The notes under the pieces: model-generated
Databases searched by the model: none
What the model was told of the DNA's origin: nothing
Seen by the model: the letters and a program-made list of their open reading frames with translations, nothing else
Assembly (NCBI GenBank): GCA_947478395.1
Contig: CANJVR010000001.1
Location: forward strand, 672,001-736,000
From: Opitutia bacterium
Lineage (GTDB): Bacteria > Verrucomicrobiota > Verrucomicrobiia > Opitutales > Opitutaceae
Direction: 5' to 3'
Length of the DNA: 64,000 bases
In this document: positions 49,502 through 58,811 of the stretch, piece after piece
How positions within the stretch are numbered: position 1 is the stretch's first letter
Layout: every line of letters starts with the position of its first letter
Translations under genes and position numbers: made by a program

Positions 49502-50500
49502 TCATTCACGTTTCAGTCCGCGCGCCATCAAGGCGCTGAGCGCGAGCGCCGGCGCCTTGCCCTCGAAAAGGATCGCGTGTGTCTCGCGTAAAATCGGGGC
49601 CTCGATTTTTCGTGCCACACATAATCCGTGAAACGATTCCGTCGTGCGGTAGCCTTCGACGACCGTCTTGCGATGGGCGACGAGTTCCGCCGCGCTGCGC
49701 CCTTCGCCGATGCGCTGGCCGAATTCGCGATTGCGACTCCACTCGCCGTGACAAGTCGCCACCAAGTCGCCGAAACCGCTGAGCCCATAGAACGTTTCCG
49801 CCCGCGCGCCCAGTGAGACGCCGACCCGCACCATTTCCGCGAGCGCACGCGTGAGCAGAGCCGCGGTTGCATTATCACCCAACCCCAAGCCCACCGCGCA
49901 CCCCGCGGCGATGGCGTAGATGTTTTTCAAGCAGCCGCCGTATTCGATCCCCGCCAAATCGTCACTCGTGTAAACGCGCAGCGTCGGCCCGCTGATCGCC
50001 GCCTGCACCTCGCCGACAAATTCATTGGTGGTCGCGGTGCCCAACACCATCGCCGCCGGGAGACCGCGCGCAACTTCACCCGCGTTGGTCGGTCCCGTCA
50101 GGGCGCTTGCCACCGCCTCCGGGAAAACCGCCGCGATCACCTGCGATGGCCGCAGATGCGTATCGAGCTCCAAGCCTTTCGCTAGGCTGACAATCAGGCG
50201 CGGGCGCCGCGTCTCTCCGAAAGCGGCAAACACACGGTTCGCTGTGACGCGGAGCGCCTGCGAAGGGCAGGCCAGCAGCACGACATCGACCTGGGCGACG
50301 GCGGCGGACAAATCGGCCGTGATAGCGAGTGCCGCCGGCAGCGCCAGTCCCGGCAGATACTCGATGTTTTCGCGCGCCGCTGCGAGCGACTCGGCCTGTT
50401 CGGGACGTCGCGGCACCAACACAACGGACCGTCCCAGCCGCGCCAGATGCACTGCGAACGCAGTACCCCAAGCCCCGGCTCCGACGACGCAGAAGTTCAT
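49502..50500 (-). CDS. gpsA: NAD(P)H-dependent glycerol-3-phosphate dehydrogenase
   Basis: GAGAWGTA, KGLE, LKNIYAIAAG, GFGDLVATC, SRN, VEG. Confidence 0.95.
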   Translation of the reverse strand: MNFCVVGAGAWGTAFAVHLARLGRSVVLVPRRPEQAESLAAARENIEYLPGLALPAALAITADLSAAVAQVDVVLLACPSQALRVTANRVFAAFGETRRPRLIVSLAKGLELDTHLRPSQVIAAVFPEAVASALTGPTNAGEVARGLPAAMVLGTATTNEFVGEVQAAISGPTLRVYTSDDLAGIEYGGCLKNIYAIAAGCAVGLGLGDNATAALLTRALAEMVRVGVSLGARAETFYGLSGFGDLVATCHGEWSRNREFGQRIGEGRSAAELVAHRKTVVEGYRTTESFHGLCVARKIEAPILRETHAILFEGKAPALALSALMARGLKRE

Positions 50501-50731
50501 CTCTGCTTATTGCCCACGGAATCCACGAAACACACGGAAAATTTTAAAGCCCGCGGAGCACGGCGAAAGCTGGGCCCGAGTTAGGGCGGATTATCGCTAA
50601 TCTTCCACAGGCACTCCGCTCCCGGAGCAACGACGTCTAACCGGCTCATTGAGGTCGTTCGACTTCAATCAGGCCCCGAGCCTGTCGAGTGGCGATAACG
50701 CGCCCTACCCCTTTGGCCGGAGCCGTCCGAT

Positions 50732-52036
50732 TCACTTCAGAAACGCCGGAATCTTCTCACCTGCGATCATCGATTCGAAGCTTTCCCGCGCGTTGACCTG
50801 CTCAAACGCGCTGCCGTGGACCATCACTTCGGCCGGGAGCGGGCGGGTGTTGTAGCGGCTCGACATCGTCGACCCGTACGCGCCGGCGCTCATGAACGCG
50901 ATGTACTCGCCCTCGCCGACTTCCTGAAACTGGCGGGCCTTCGCGAAGCAGTCGCCGCTCTCGCAAATCGGCCCGACCACATCGGCGACAAGCGCGCGGC
51001 GCGTGGTGTCGCGATGCAACGGTACAATCTCGTGAAACGCATCGTACATCGCGGGCCGCACCAAGTCGTTCATCGCGGCATCGACGATGAGAAAGTTTTT
51101 TCCCGCGCCGCGCTTCAAGTGCTCGACCCGTGAGAGCAACACGCCGGCATTGCCGACGAGGAAGCGGCCGGGTTCGAGCAGGATTTTCAAACCGAGCGGC
51201 TGGAGCAACGGCACCAAGGTTGCACCGTACGCCTCGGGCGTCAGCGGACGCGTCCCGGCGGGTTGCGCGTCCCACCACGCGGCGGCGCCACTGGCGAGCG
51301 CATCGCGGTAGACGATGCCGATGCCGCCCCCGATCGAAAAATAAGTAATGCCGTACTTTGCTTTGAGCTCACCGGCAAAGGGCGCGACCTTGGCCACGGC
51401 CTCGGCGAACGGGCCGACGTCCGTCAACTGCGAGCCGATGTGCATCTGCACGCCGCGCAGTTCAAGATGAGGATACTTGGAGGCAGCTTCGTAGGCCGCG
51501 GCGGCGTACTTGAGGGGGATGCCAAATTTATTGTCGCTCTTGCCCGTGGTAATCTTGGCGTGCGTGTGCGCATCGACGTCCGGGTTGATGCGGATGGCAA
51601 TGGGCGCCTTTACCCCGAGTTTACCGGCGACGTGATTGATGCGCGCGAGCTCGGGCTCGCTCTCGACGTGGAAAGAGAAAATCCCGCTTTCCAGCGCAAA
51701 CTGAATCTCCGCCTCCGTTTTGCCTACGCCGGCGAAAACGCTGCGCTTCACATTCGCGCCCGCCGCCAGCACCCGGCGGAGCTCGCCCCCGCTGACCAGA
51801 TCGAACGCCGCGCCGAGTCGCGCAAAATGCCGCAGAACGGCCAAGCCGGAGTTGGCCTTCATCGCGTAGCAAATCTGAACGTCGAGCCCCTCCAAACCAG
51901 CCGCCAGCCGGGTATAATTATCCGCCATGGTCGCAGCGCTGTAGACATAGGTGGGCGTACCGTACAGCCGCGCCACCTCGGTGAGATCGACGGATTCGCC
52001 GTGAAGATTTTGCCCGACGTAGCGGAAGTGATGCAT
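50732..52036 (-). CDS. lysA: Diaminopimelate decarboxylase
   Basis: YGTPTYVYS, YAMKANS, HIGSQ, EPGR, GPICESGD, AGAYG. Confidence 0.96.
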   Translation of the reverse strand: MHHFRYVGQNLHGESVDLTEVARLYGTPTYVYSAATMADNYTRLAAGLEGLDVQICYAMKANSGLAVLRHFARLGAAFDLVSGGELRRVLAAGANVKRSVFAGVGKTEAEIQFALESGIFSFHVESEPELARINHVAGKLGVKAPIAIRINPDVDAHTHAKITTGKSDNKFGIPLKYAAAAYEAASKYPHLELRGVQMHIGSQLTDVGPFAEAVAKVAPFAGELKAKYGITYFSIGGGIGIVYRDALASGAAAWWDAQPAGTRPLTPEAYGATLVPLLQPLGLKILLEPGRFLVGNAGVLLSRVEHLKRGAGKNFLIVDAAMNDLVRPAMYDAFHEIVPLHRDTTRRALVADVVGPICESGDCFAKARQFQEVGEGEYIAFMSAGAYGSTMSSRYNTRPLPAEVMVHGSAFEQVNARESFESMIAGEKIPAFLK

Positions 52037-52108
52037 AGCGTGAAAAAGACTGGGAAAGCGCTCGAAGTAGTGTGTTTCCCCTTGAAAAAACGAATCCAAA
52101 ATAACGTC

Positions 52109-52375
52109 ATGCAGCTTGTGCTGCGTTACCTTGCCAACCTCTGCCATCGGCCCGCCCACCGTTTCGGGCTGCGGCGCGACCGGCGTGGTAGCCGTTTGCG
52201 GGACCCGCGGTTCGTGAGTTTCCTGGCTCAGACCAACCGCCGGACGCTCGACCCCGATTTTCATGACACCCTGCTCCGCGGCCGGAAGCTATTTCGCCGG
52301 CTGTTGATGCTCGGCAGTGCTGCAGGCGCGACCTGGTTCTTGCTCGAGAGCGCCAAGGCGCTGTCGATCTTCTGA
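52109..52375 (+). CDS. Small basic hypothetical protein with a C-terminal hydrophobic segment (88 aa)
   Basis: MQLVLRYL...DPRFVSFL...WFLLESAKALSIF; fills the gap divergent from lysA. Confidence 0.55.
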   Translation: MQLVLRYLANLCHRPAHRFGLRRDRRGSRLRDPRFVSFLAQTNRRTLDPDFHDTLLRGRKLFRRLLMLGSAAGATWFLLESAKALSIF

Positions 52376-52418
52376 GCCTGGACTTGCGCTTTATCCGCGG
52401 TCCAATTTGCGTGGCGTG

Positions 52419-52895
52419 ATGCCCCATCGCACTTTTCTCAAAGCCAGCTGGCTGCTGGCCGGCGTGATCGCTTTGTTTTTCACGGGTTGCCAGGGCGGAT
52501 ACGATCTCGGCGGCATCTCCATTAATTTGGACCACTTCACGGCCCCATCGGAAGCGAGCAGCACGATGACCCTCCGCTACACTAATGAGAATACGATCCC
52601 GATCGCGCTGTCCGGCTCGGCGCACAAGGTCTATCTCAACGGCACCTACGTCGGCAAAGCCGTGAGCAAGCAGCCCCTCGGTCTCGCCCCCCTGAGCACG
52701 ATCACCCAAGACGCGACCGTGAATTTCGAAAACCTCGCGTTCGTGAAACAGCTGGTCGCGACGAGCGACCAGAAGAGCGCCAGCTATCGCGTGGAAAGCG
52801 TGCTTTATATCACTAGCGGCGAAGAAAATCTCACCATAAAAACCAACGGCACCGGCAGCGTGGATCTGCGGGCGTTGAGTTCCACGAAGCCGTAA
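52419..52895 (+). CDS. LEA_2/WHy domain lipoprotein
   Basis: Lipobox FTGC; LRYTNENTIPI, VYLNGTYVGK. Confidence 0.82.
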   Translation: MPHRTFLKASWLLAGVIALFFTGCQGGYDLGGISINLDHFTAPSEASSTMTLRYTNENTIPIALSGSAHKVYLNGTYVGKAVSKQPLGLAPLSTITQDATVNFENLAFVKQLVATSDQKSASYRVESVLYITSGEENLTIKTNGTGSVDLRALSSTKP

Positions 52896-52984
52896 CATCC
52901 GCTAGAGCGCGGCGCATCCGCCCGCGCGCTGGACTGACTTGGGTGGATGCAAAAATCGCGGGCGAAAGCACCGCGCGACGCAGT

Positions 52985-53797
52985 CTACCCCGCACCGCCG
53001 CCAGTGTTCGCCGGCGCCGGCTTAAAGGCAGATCGTAGCGAGGCGCTCAGAAAATCCCGGTTCATGCGCGCGATGAAATCCTCCGAGATCAGTTTCGGAC
53101 AGGCGGCGCTGCACTCGTACTGATTCGTACAACTGCCAAAGCCGAGGCCGTCCATGGTGTTCACCATCGCCAGCACACGCTTGTCGCGCTCGGCCTGACC
53201 TTGCGGGAGCAAACCGAGGTGGCCGATTTTCGCCGCAACGAAAAGCATCGCGCTCGAATTCTTACACGCGGCGACGCACGCGCCACAGCCAATGCATTGC
53301 GCCGCATCCATTGCGAGATCGGCGTCCGGCTTCGGTATGGGCCGCGCATTGGCATCGGGGGCCGAGCCCGCCCGGGCCGTGATAAAACCGCCCGCCTGTT
53401 GAATCGCGTCGAACCCGCGGCGATCCGTGACGAGGTCCTTCACGATCGGAAACGCGCGGGCGCGGAAGGGTTCGACGACGATCACATCGCCATCGTAAAA
53501 CGACCGCATGTACGTTTGACACGTGGCGATGCCGCGGCCGGGGCCGTGCGGTTTGCCGTTGATCGTGCACGAGCAGGTGCCGCAGATGCCCTCGCGGCAA
53601 TCGTGGGCAAACGCGATCGGCTCCTCGCCCTTCAGGGTGAGCTCGTCGTTCACGACATCGAGCATCTCGAGGAACGACATGTTCGTGCTCAGATTCTTCG
53701 CGGGATACTCGACGAATTTGCCCGGGGCATCCGGCCCGGCCTGACGCCAGACGCGCAGCGTAACGGAGATAAATTTGGCGGTATTGATGGCGACCAT
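52985..53797 (-). CDS. sdhB: Succinate dehydrogenase/fumarate reductase iron-sulfur subunit
   Basis: [32 protein letters not shown]. Confidence 0.96.
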   Translation of the reverse strand: MVAINTAKFISVTLRVWRQAGPDAPGKFVEYPAKNLSTNMSFLEMLDVVNDELTLKGEEPIAFAHDCREGICGTCSCTINGKPHGPGRGIATCQTYMRSFYDGDVIVVEPFRARAFPIVKDLVTDRRGFDAIQQAGGFITARAGSAPDANARPIPKPDADLAMDAAQCIGCGACVAACKNSSAMLFVAAKIGHLGLLPQGQAERDKRVLAMVNTMDGLGFGSCTNQYECSAACPKLISEDFIARMNRDFLSASLRSAFKPAPANTGGGAG

Positions 53798-53827
53798 GGG
53801 GAAATTACGAACGACGGAATGACGTTT

Positions 53828-53908
53828 TTACGAGACGGCGGCGCGGTTTGCCCGCGTCACGCCAAACACTGCGACCGTGATTGAAAGGATCTTGGGGTTC
53901 TTAGGCAT
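53828..53908 (-). other. 26-aa mini-ORF flanked by short-period repeats in the sdhA-sdhB spacer (possible cassette remnant)
   Basis: MPKNPKILSITVAVFGVTRANRAAVS; flanks gacgacgaatttagaacgctgaat and cgtcattccgtcgttcgtaatt. Confidence 0.35.
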
Positions 53909-53962
53909 AGGGGACGGACAGGATCTTGATTCAGCGTTCTAAATTCGTCGTCGGCCCTGGGG

Positions 53963-55885
53963 TTACTTGTAATTCCGCACGGTCATCTTCGCGAACTCGT
54001 AATTGAGCGGCTCGATGTTCCGGATCGGAGTTTTGCCCACGCCCTGAAACTCCCACGCAGCCACGTTACCGAAATGCTCATCGTCGCGTTTGCATTCGCC
54101 GTCGGGATATTGGTGTTCCTCGCGGAAATGTCCGCCGCAGCTTTCCTCGCGCGTGAGGGCGTCGAGACACATCAACTCGCCGAGCTCGATGAAATCGGCG
54201 ACGCGGCCCGCCTGCTCAAGCGACTGATTCAGCGTCTCGGCCGAACCCGGGACGTTCACGCTGGACCAGAATTCTTCGCGCAGCGCGGGCAGTTTTTGCA
54301 GCGCCGTTTCGAGCCCAGACTTGGTGCGCTCCATGCCGCAGTACTCCCACATGATTTTGCCGAGCTTCTTGTGGAAATAACTCACGGGCTGCTTGCCCTT
54401 GATACCGAGCAACCGGGCCGTCATCGCACGGATATTTTCTTCCGCCGCCTTGAATTCCGGCGCATCGACACTCGGCCGTGAGCCCGGTTTCTGGCCGGCG
54501 AGATAATCGCCGATGGTGTAGGGAATGACGAAATAACCGTCCGCCAGACCTTGCATGAGCGCACTCGCGCCGAGCCGGTTCGCGCCGTGGTCGGAGAAGT
54601 TCGCTTCGCCGAGCACGAACAAGCCCGGGACGTTCGACATCAAATTATAATCCACCCACAGGCCGCCCATCGTGTAGTGGACCGCGGGATAGATGCGCAT
54701 CGGCACCTGATACGCACTCTCGCCGGTAATCTCGTGATAGATATCGAAGAGATTGCCGTAGCGTTCACGCACGCCGTTCTCGCCGAAGCGGCGGATTGCA
54801 TCGGAGAAATCGAGATAAACGCCCAGTCCGGTCTCGCCGACACCACGCCCTTCGTCACACACGCGCTTGGCGGCGCGGGAGGCGATGTCGCGCGGGCAGA
54901 GATTACCAAACGCCGGGTACATCCGCTCGAGAAAGTAATCGCGGGCTTCCTCAGGAATCGACGCGGGCGGCTTGGCGCAGTCTTCTTTTTTCTTGGGGAC
55001 CCAGATGCGGCCGTCGTTACGCAACGACTCTGACATGAGCGTGAGCTTCGACTGATAATCGCCGCTCACCGGAATGCAGGTCGGGTGAATCTGCGTGTAA
55101 CACGGATTCGCCATACACGCACCGCGCTTGTAGGCGCGCCAGATGGCCGTGGCGTTGGAACCGCGCGCGTAGGTGGAGAGATTGAACACGTTACCGTAGC
55201 CGCCCGTGGCCAGCACGACCGCGTCGGCCGCGTGCCGGGTAATTTCTCCCGTGATCAGATCGCGGACGATAATGCCCTTGGCCTGTCCACCCACAACCAC
55301 GAGATCGAGCATCTCGGAATTCACGTGCAACTCGACTGCGCCGGTGCCGACCACGCGAGAGAGCGCGGAGTAAGCGCCCAGCAGTAGCTGCTGGCCCGTC
55401 TGGCCGCGCGCGTAGAACGTGCGGGAAACCTGCGCGCCGCCGAACGAGCGATTGGCGAGCAAGCCGCCGTATTCGCGCGCGAACGGGACGCCTTGCGCGA
55501 CGCACTGGTCAATGATGTTGACCGAGACCTCGGCGAGCCGGTGTACGTTGGCCTCGCGAGCGCGGTAATCGCCGCCCTTCAACGTGTCGTAATAAAGCCG
55601 GTGCACGCTGTCGCCGTCGTTCTGATAATTCTTCGCCGCATTGATGCCACCCTGCGCCGCGATCGAGTGCGCCCGGCGCGGACTGTCGTGAAACACGAAG
55701 CTCTTCACCTTGTAGCCAAGGTCCGCAAGGGTCGACGCGGAGGAGGCTCCGGCGAGCCCGGCGCCCACGACGATGATCTCGTACTTCCGCTTGTTCGCCG
55801 GGTTGACGAGTTTGATCTCCGCCTTGTGCTTGCGCCATTTGTCGGCAAGCGGCCCGGACGGGATTTTGGATTCGAGAATGGCCAT
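53963..55885 (-). CDS. sdhA: Succinate dehydrogenase/fumarate reductase flavoprotein subunit
   Basis: [38 protein letters not shown]. Confidence 0.97.
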   Translation of the reverse strand: MAILESKIPSGPLADKWRKHKAEIKLVNPANKRKYEIIVVGAGLAGASSASTLADLGYKVKSFVFHDSPRRAHSIAAQGGINAAKNYQNDGDSVHRLYYDTLKGGDYRAREANVHRLAEVSVNIIDQCVAQGVPFAREYGGLLANRSFGGAQVSRTFYARGQTGQQLLLGAYSALSRVVGTGAVELHVNSEMLDLVVVGGQAKGIIVRDLITGEITRHAADAVVLATGGYGNVFNLSTYARGSNATAIWRAYKRGACMANPCYTQIHPTCIPVSGDYQSKLTLMSESLRNDGRIWVPKKKEDCAKPPASIPEEARDYFLERMYPAFGNLCPRDIASRAAKRVCDEGRGVGETGLGVYLDFSDAIRRFGENGVRERYGNLFDIYHEITGESAYQVPMRIYPAVHYTMGGLWVDYNLMSNVPGLFVLGEANFSDHGANRLGASALMQGLADGYFVIPYTIGDYLAGQKPGSRPSVDAPEFKAAEENIRAMTARLLGIKGKQPVSYFHKKLGKIMWEYCGMERTKSGLETALQKLPALREEFWSSVNVPGSAETLNQSLEQAGRVADFIELGELMCLDALTREESCGGHFREEHQYPDGECKRDDEHFGNVAAWEFQGVGKTPIRNIEPLNYEFAKMTVRNYK

Positions 55886-55903
55886 GGCGTGAATGCGAAA
55901 GAA

Positions 55904-56668
55904 TCAGGGTTTCGCGGCGACCGCGCGCGCAGAGGGTTTCAGCGCCCCCGTGAACACCGCACCCGGAATGATGAGATTGCCGATAAAATAGGCGGCACAC
56001 GCGAGCGTGACCGCGCCGCGCAGCGCACGCAGCCAGCGGCCATTCCGCCAGCCAAGCGTCTGGAAAAGACTCTCCATCCCGTGGAGTAAATGCAGCGAGA
56101 GCAGCCCCACCGCCACGATGTAGAACCATGCCACCAACGGCGGCTGAAACCCGAGAATCACCATGCGATGGACATCGAGGACTTCCGTTCCAGCGCGTAC
56201 GGCGGTGAGGCCAAATACGTGGTAATCGGAGGTCATCGTGTAACGCGGCAACGTTTCCTTGAACGTGCTGGCTTGCGCGCCACCAAACGTGAAATGGGCC
56301 AGGTGATAGAAAATAAACGCGAGGACCACGTACCCCGTCCAACGCATATAGCGGGACGCGATCGTCGCCTTCAGCCACGTCACGCGGCCAGGCCTCAGAC
56401 CGCGGGCATGACGGCTTTCCAAGGTCAGCATCGTGGCGGCCCAGATATGAATGACCACGGCGACGATCAATCCGATCCGCGCCGCCCACAACGTCGGCCC
56501 GAGAGACTGGAGGAAATGAGCGTAGCCGTTGATCTTATCCGGATGCCCGAACACCTGTAGGTTGCCGACGAGATGACCGAAGACAAAGCCGATCAAAATA
56601 ACGCCGGTCACCGCCATCAGGATTTTTCGACCGATAGAGGAGCAGAAAAGATTACCGACAAGATTCAT
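55904..56668 (-). CDS. sdhC: Succinate dehydrogenase cytochrome b558 subunit
   Basis: SSIGRKILMAVTG, HLVGN, HI, HL, HLLHG heme ligands; single-anchor (type B) SdhCAB. Confidence 0.93.
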   Translation of the reverse strand: MNLVGNLFCSSIGRKILMAVTGVILIGFVFGHLVGNLQVFGHPDKINGYAHFLQSLGPTLWAARIGLIVAVVIHIWAATMLTLESRHARGLRPGRVTWLKATIASRYMRWTGYVVLAFIFYHLAHFTFGGAQASTFKETLPRYTMTSDYHVFGLTAVRAGTEVLDVHRMVILGFQPPLVAWFYIVAVGLLSLHLLHGMESLFQTLGWRNGRWLRALRGAVTLACAAYFIGNLIIPGAVFTGALKPSARAVAAKP

Positions 56669-57007
56669 CGCGGAAACACGGTTGGTGGGGGAATCGACCG
56701 TGGAAAAAATCGCTGCATTCCCCCGAGAAGTAAAGGGGTGGGATGGTCAAAACTTGCATATTAGGCGGACTAACCATTTTCAGAAGGCGTGGCCCGTACG
56801 GATCGCTTTGGCGATCACCGTGATTCCGCGGAGCGTAGCGCTAGACTGCAAGGCCGTCCGCCGCCCCTGCGGGCCCGACCGTCGAGGCGGAAAGATTTAC
56901 GGGCTGAGTCGAAGCCGCCATTAAACGGTGAGAACGGTTTAACCCAAAGCATCGCTGATCACGCCGAAACGCTAGGCGTCCCGCCTCGATCATTCCTTCA
57001 GGCCATC

Positions 57008-57586
57008 TCACCGCAGCGAACGCGCGCGCCAGGTTTTCTCGAAGTGCATCAAGCCCGCGATCACGAGCGCATGCGTGATTTTCCCGGAACGCGCCCAAAC
57101 CATCACGTCTTCGACCGGCGCCGTCGAAACCTCGATCTCTTCGTCGTGATCCCACTCCTGGTCGACGGTGCGCGTGGCATTTTCCACGAGCACGAAGTGA
57201 CAGCGATTGTTCAGCATCGCCGGGTTGGGATGCACACTCGCCAGCAGTCGTGCGCTCGTGCCGACAAACCCCGTTTCCTCGCGTAATTCACGCACTCCGG
57301 CCACGACCGGATCTTCCCCCGCATCGATCATGCCCCCGGGAATTTCCAGAGAAAATTCATCCGTGCCGTAGCGAAACTGGCGCACGAGCACCAGGTGCCC
57401 GTCGGGCGTGACGGCGAGCACGTTGCACCAATCCGGCGCGGCGATCACAAAGAAATCCCGATCCACTTTGCGCACCGGATGGTGAAACCGCACGCTGCGC
57501 ACATCAAAGATGCGCGTGGAAGCGACGGTGTGTGCGCCGAGCCTTTGCCAGCGCGCAGGGCCCGAAGCCGAGGAAGGTGTGCTCAT
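57008..57586 (-). CDS. NUDIX hydrolase (ADP-ribose pyrophosphatase-like)
   Basis: QFRYG, EIPGGMID...RELREETG Nudix box. Confidence 0.92.
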   Translation of the reverse strand: MSTPSSASGPARWQRLGAHTVASTRIFDVRSVRFHHPVRKVDRDFFVIAAPDWCNVLAVTPDGHLVLVRQFRYGTDEFSLEIPGGMIDAGEDPVVAGVRELREETGFVGTSARLLASVHPNPAMLNNRCHFVLVENATRTVDQEWDHDEEIEVSTAPVEDVMVWARSGKITHALVIAGLMHFEKTWRARSLR

Positions 57587-57597
57587 GAAGCGAAAAC

Positions 57598-57632
57598 AAA
57601 AATGCCTCCACGCCGCGAGGCGAGGAGGCATT
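57598..57632 (-). terminator. Intrinsic terminator after the LysM gene
   Basis: Minus strand atgcctcc...ggaggcat-tttt. Confidence 0.7.
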
Positions 57633-57653
57633 CGAAAATTTTCCTGAGCCGAA

Positions 57654-58175
57654 TTATTTCTTCGGGAGCTTCAGCTTGTCGCCAACTTTCATCTTCGACC
57701 AATTCACACCGGGATTCACGGTCGTGAGATCAGTCAATGAAACGCCATTCGCCCGGGCAATGCTGGCGCCGGTGTCCTTGGATTTGACGATGTACTCGCC
57801 GGGGCCGGCGACCGCGGGTTCACCGCTGCCTTTTTTGCCGGGAGCAACCACCACGGGTTTCTTCATCGATTCTTCCAGCTTCAGGATCGAGGCCTGAAAC
57901 TCGCCGAGCTTCCCGCCAACCGTGTTAAACGCGTCCTGCGTCGAACTCCGCAAAGCGGCGTGGTCTTTGGAGACCCGGTCGACCGTCGCCGAAACCGTGC
58001 CGACTTGGGATTCAATACCATCGATCTTCGCGATCTTCTCGTCATGAGCTGCAAGGCTCTTGTTCACCTTCGAGAGCGTGATGGCGGAATAGCCGCCGAG
58101 CAATAGGGCGATGACGCCCACGATGATTCCGCCGACCGGAAGCATGCTGTTATTTTCGCGAGAAATAGTGTCCAT
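57654..58175 (-). CDS. Membrane-anchored coiled-coil LysM domain protein
   Basis: N-terminal TM helix, coiled coil, C-terminal YIVKSKDT...IARANG...NPGV...VGDKLKLP. Confidence 0.9.
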   Translation of the reverse strand: MDTISRENNSMLPVGGIIVGVIALLLGGYSAITLSKVNKSLAAHDEKIAKIDGIESQVGTVSATVDRVSKDHAALRSSTQDAFNTVGGKLGEFQASILKLEESMKKPVVVAPGKKGSGEPAVAGPGEYIVKSKDTGASIARANGVSLTDLTTVNPGVNWSKMKVGDKLKLPKK

Positions 58176-58612
58176 GTTGAGAAATTAAGGGGCACAAGAA
58201 GGACAATCCCAGAGCGAAGCAAGCAGAGATTATTAACAATAATACGAGCGCAGCGCCGGCGAAGAACGCGTTGACCGATTCGGCCATCCACCGCCTGCCG
58301 GCTTCAATTATTCGGAGCTTCGCTCGGCGTTGATCGAACCCGCCAAAGCGCAGCGAATTCTTGAATGACGGCTGCAGGTCCGCTCAAAAGTCCGGACTAC
58401 AAGCACCTACGAATGTGCGCCCACGCACGCCTGTCCACGGCAGTAAGAACCGGGTCGTACCTGGCTCGATCAGCCGGTCGGCCCGCATACGATTGAGGCC
58501 GGTATTCTAATTTCTCATTGCGAGTGCTTCCACGACGGAGGAATTCACTAAATTGCCGAGGCGCGCTTCGCAGTGACAAACGATATTATCACTCGTCTAT
58601 TTGAGACGGACA

Positions 58613-58642
58613 TTGACACGCTTCGCAATCCACCGTGCTCTC
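58613..58642 (+). promoter_or_regulatory. Possible sigma70-type promoter for tRNA-Pro
   Basis: TTGACA at 58613-58618, about 40 bp upstream of the tRNA. Confidence 0.4.
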
Positions 58643-58653
58643 CGGCCGCACGT

Positions 58654-58730
58654 CGGGGTGTAGCTTAGCCTGGTAGAGCGCCTGGTTTGGGACCAGGAGG
58701 TCGTAGGTTCGAATCCTATCGCCCCGACCA
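58654..58730 (+). tRNA. tRNA-Pro (TGG)
   Basis: CGGGGTG...CGCCCCG-A-CCA; anticodon arm CCTGG-TTTGGGA-CCAGG; GGTTCGAATCC. Confidence 0.97.
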
Positions 58731-58811
58731 TTTTTCGTTTGCGGCGGCATATGTCACTTTATGACCGCGGGCGGCATGGACGGCGCGGACTGCGCCCGGT
58801 TTGTGGCTGGC

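Noticed and set aside
56669..57007. Riboswitch or ncRNA upstream of sdhC, and likewise in 58176-58653
   Set aside because: Only generic hairpins; I could not match any known RNA consensus by eye. cmscan would be needed.
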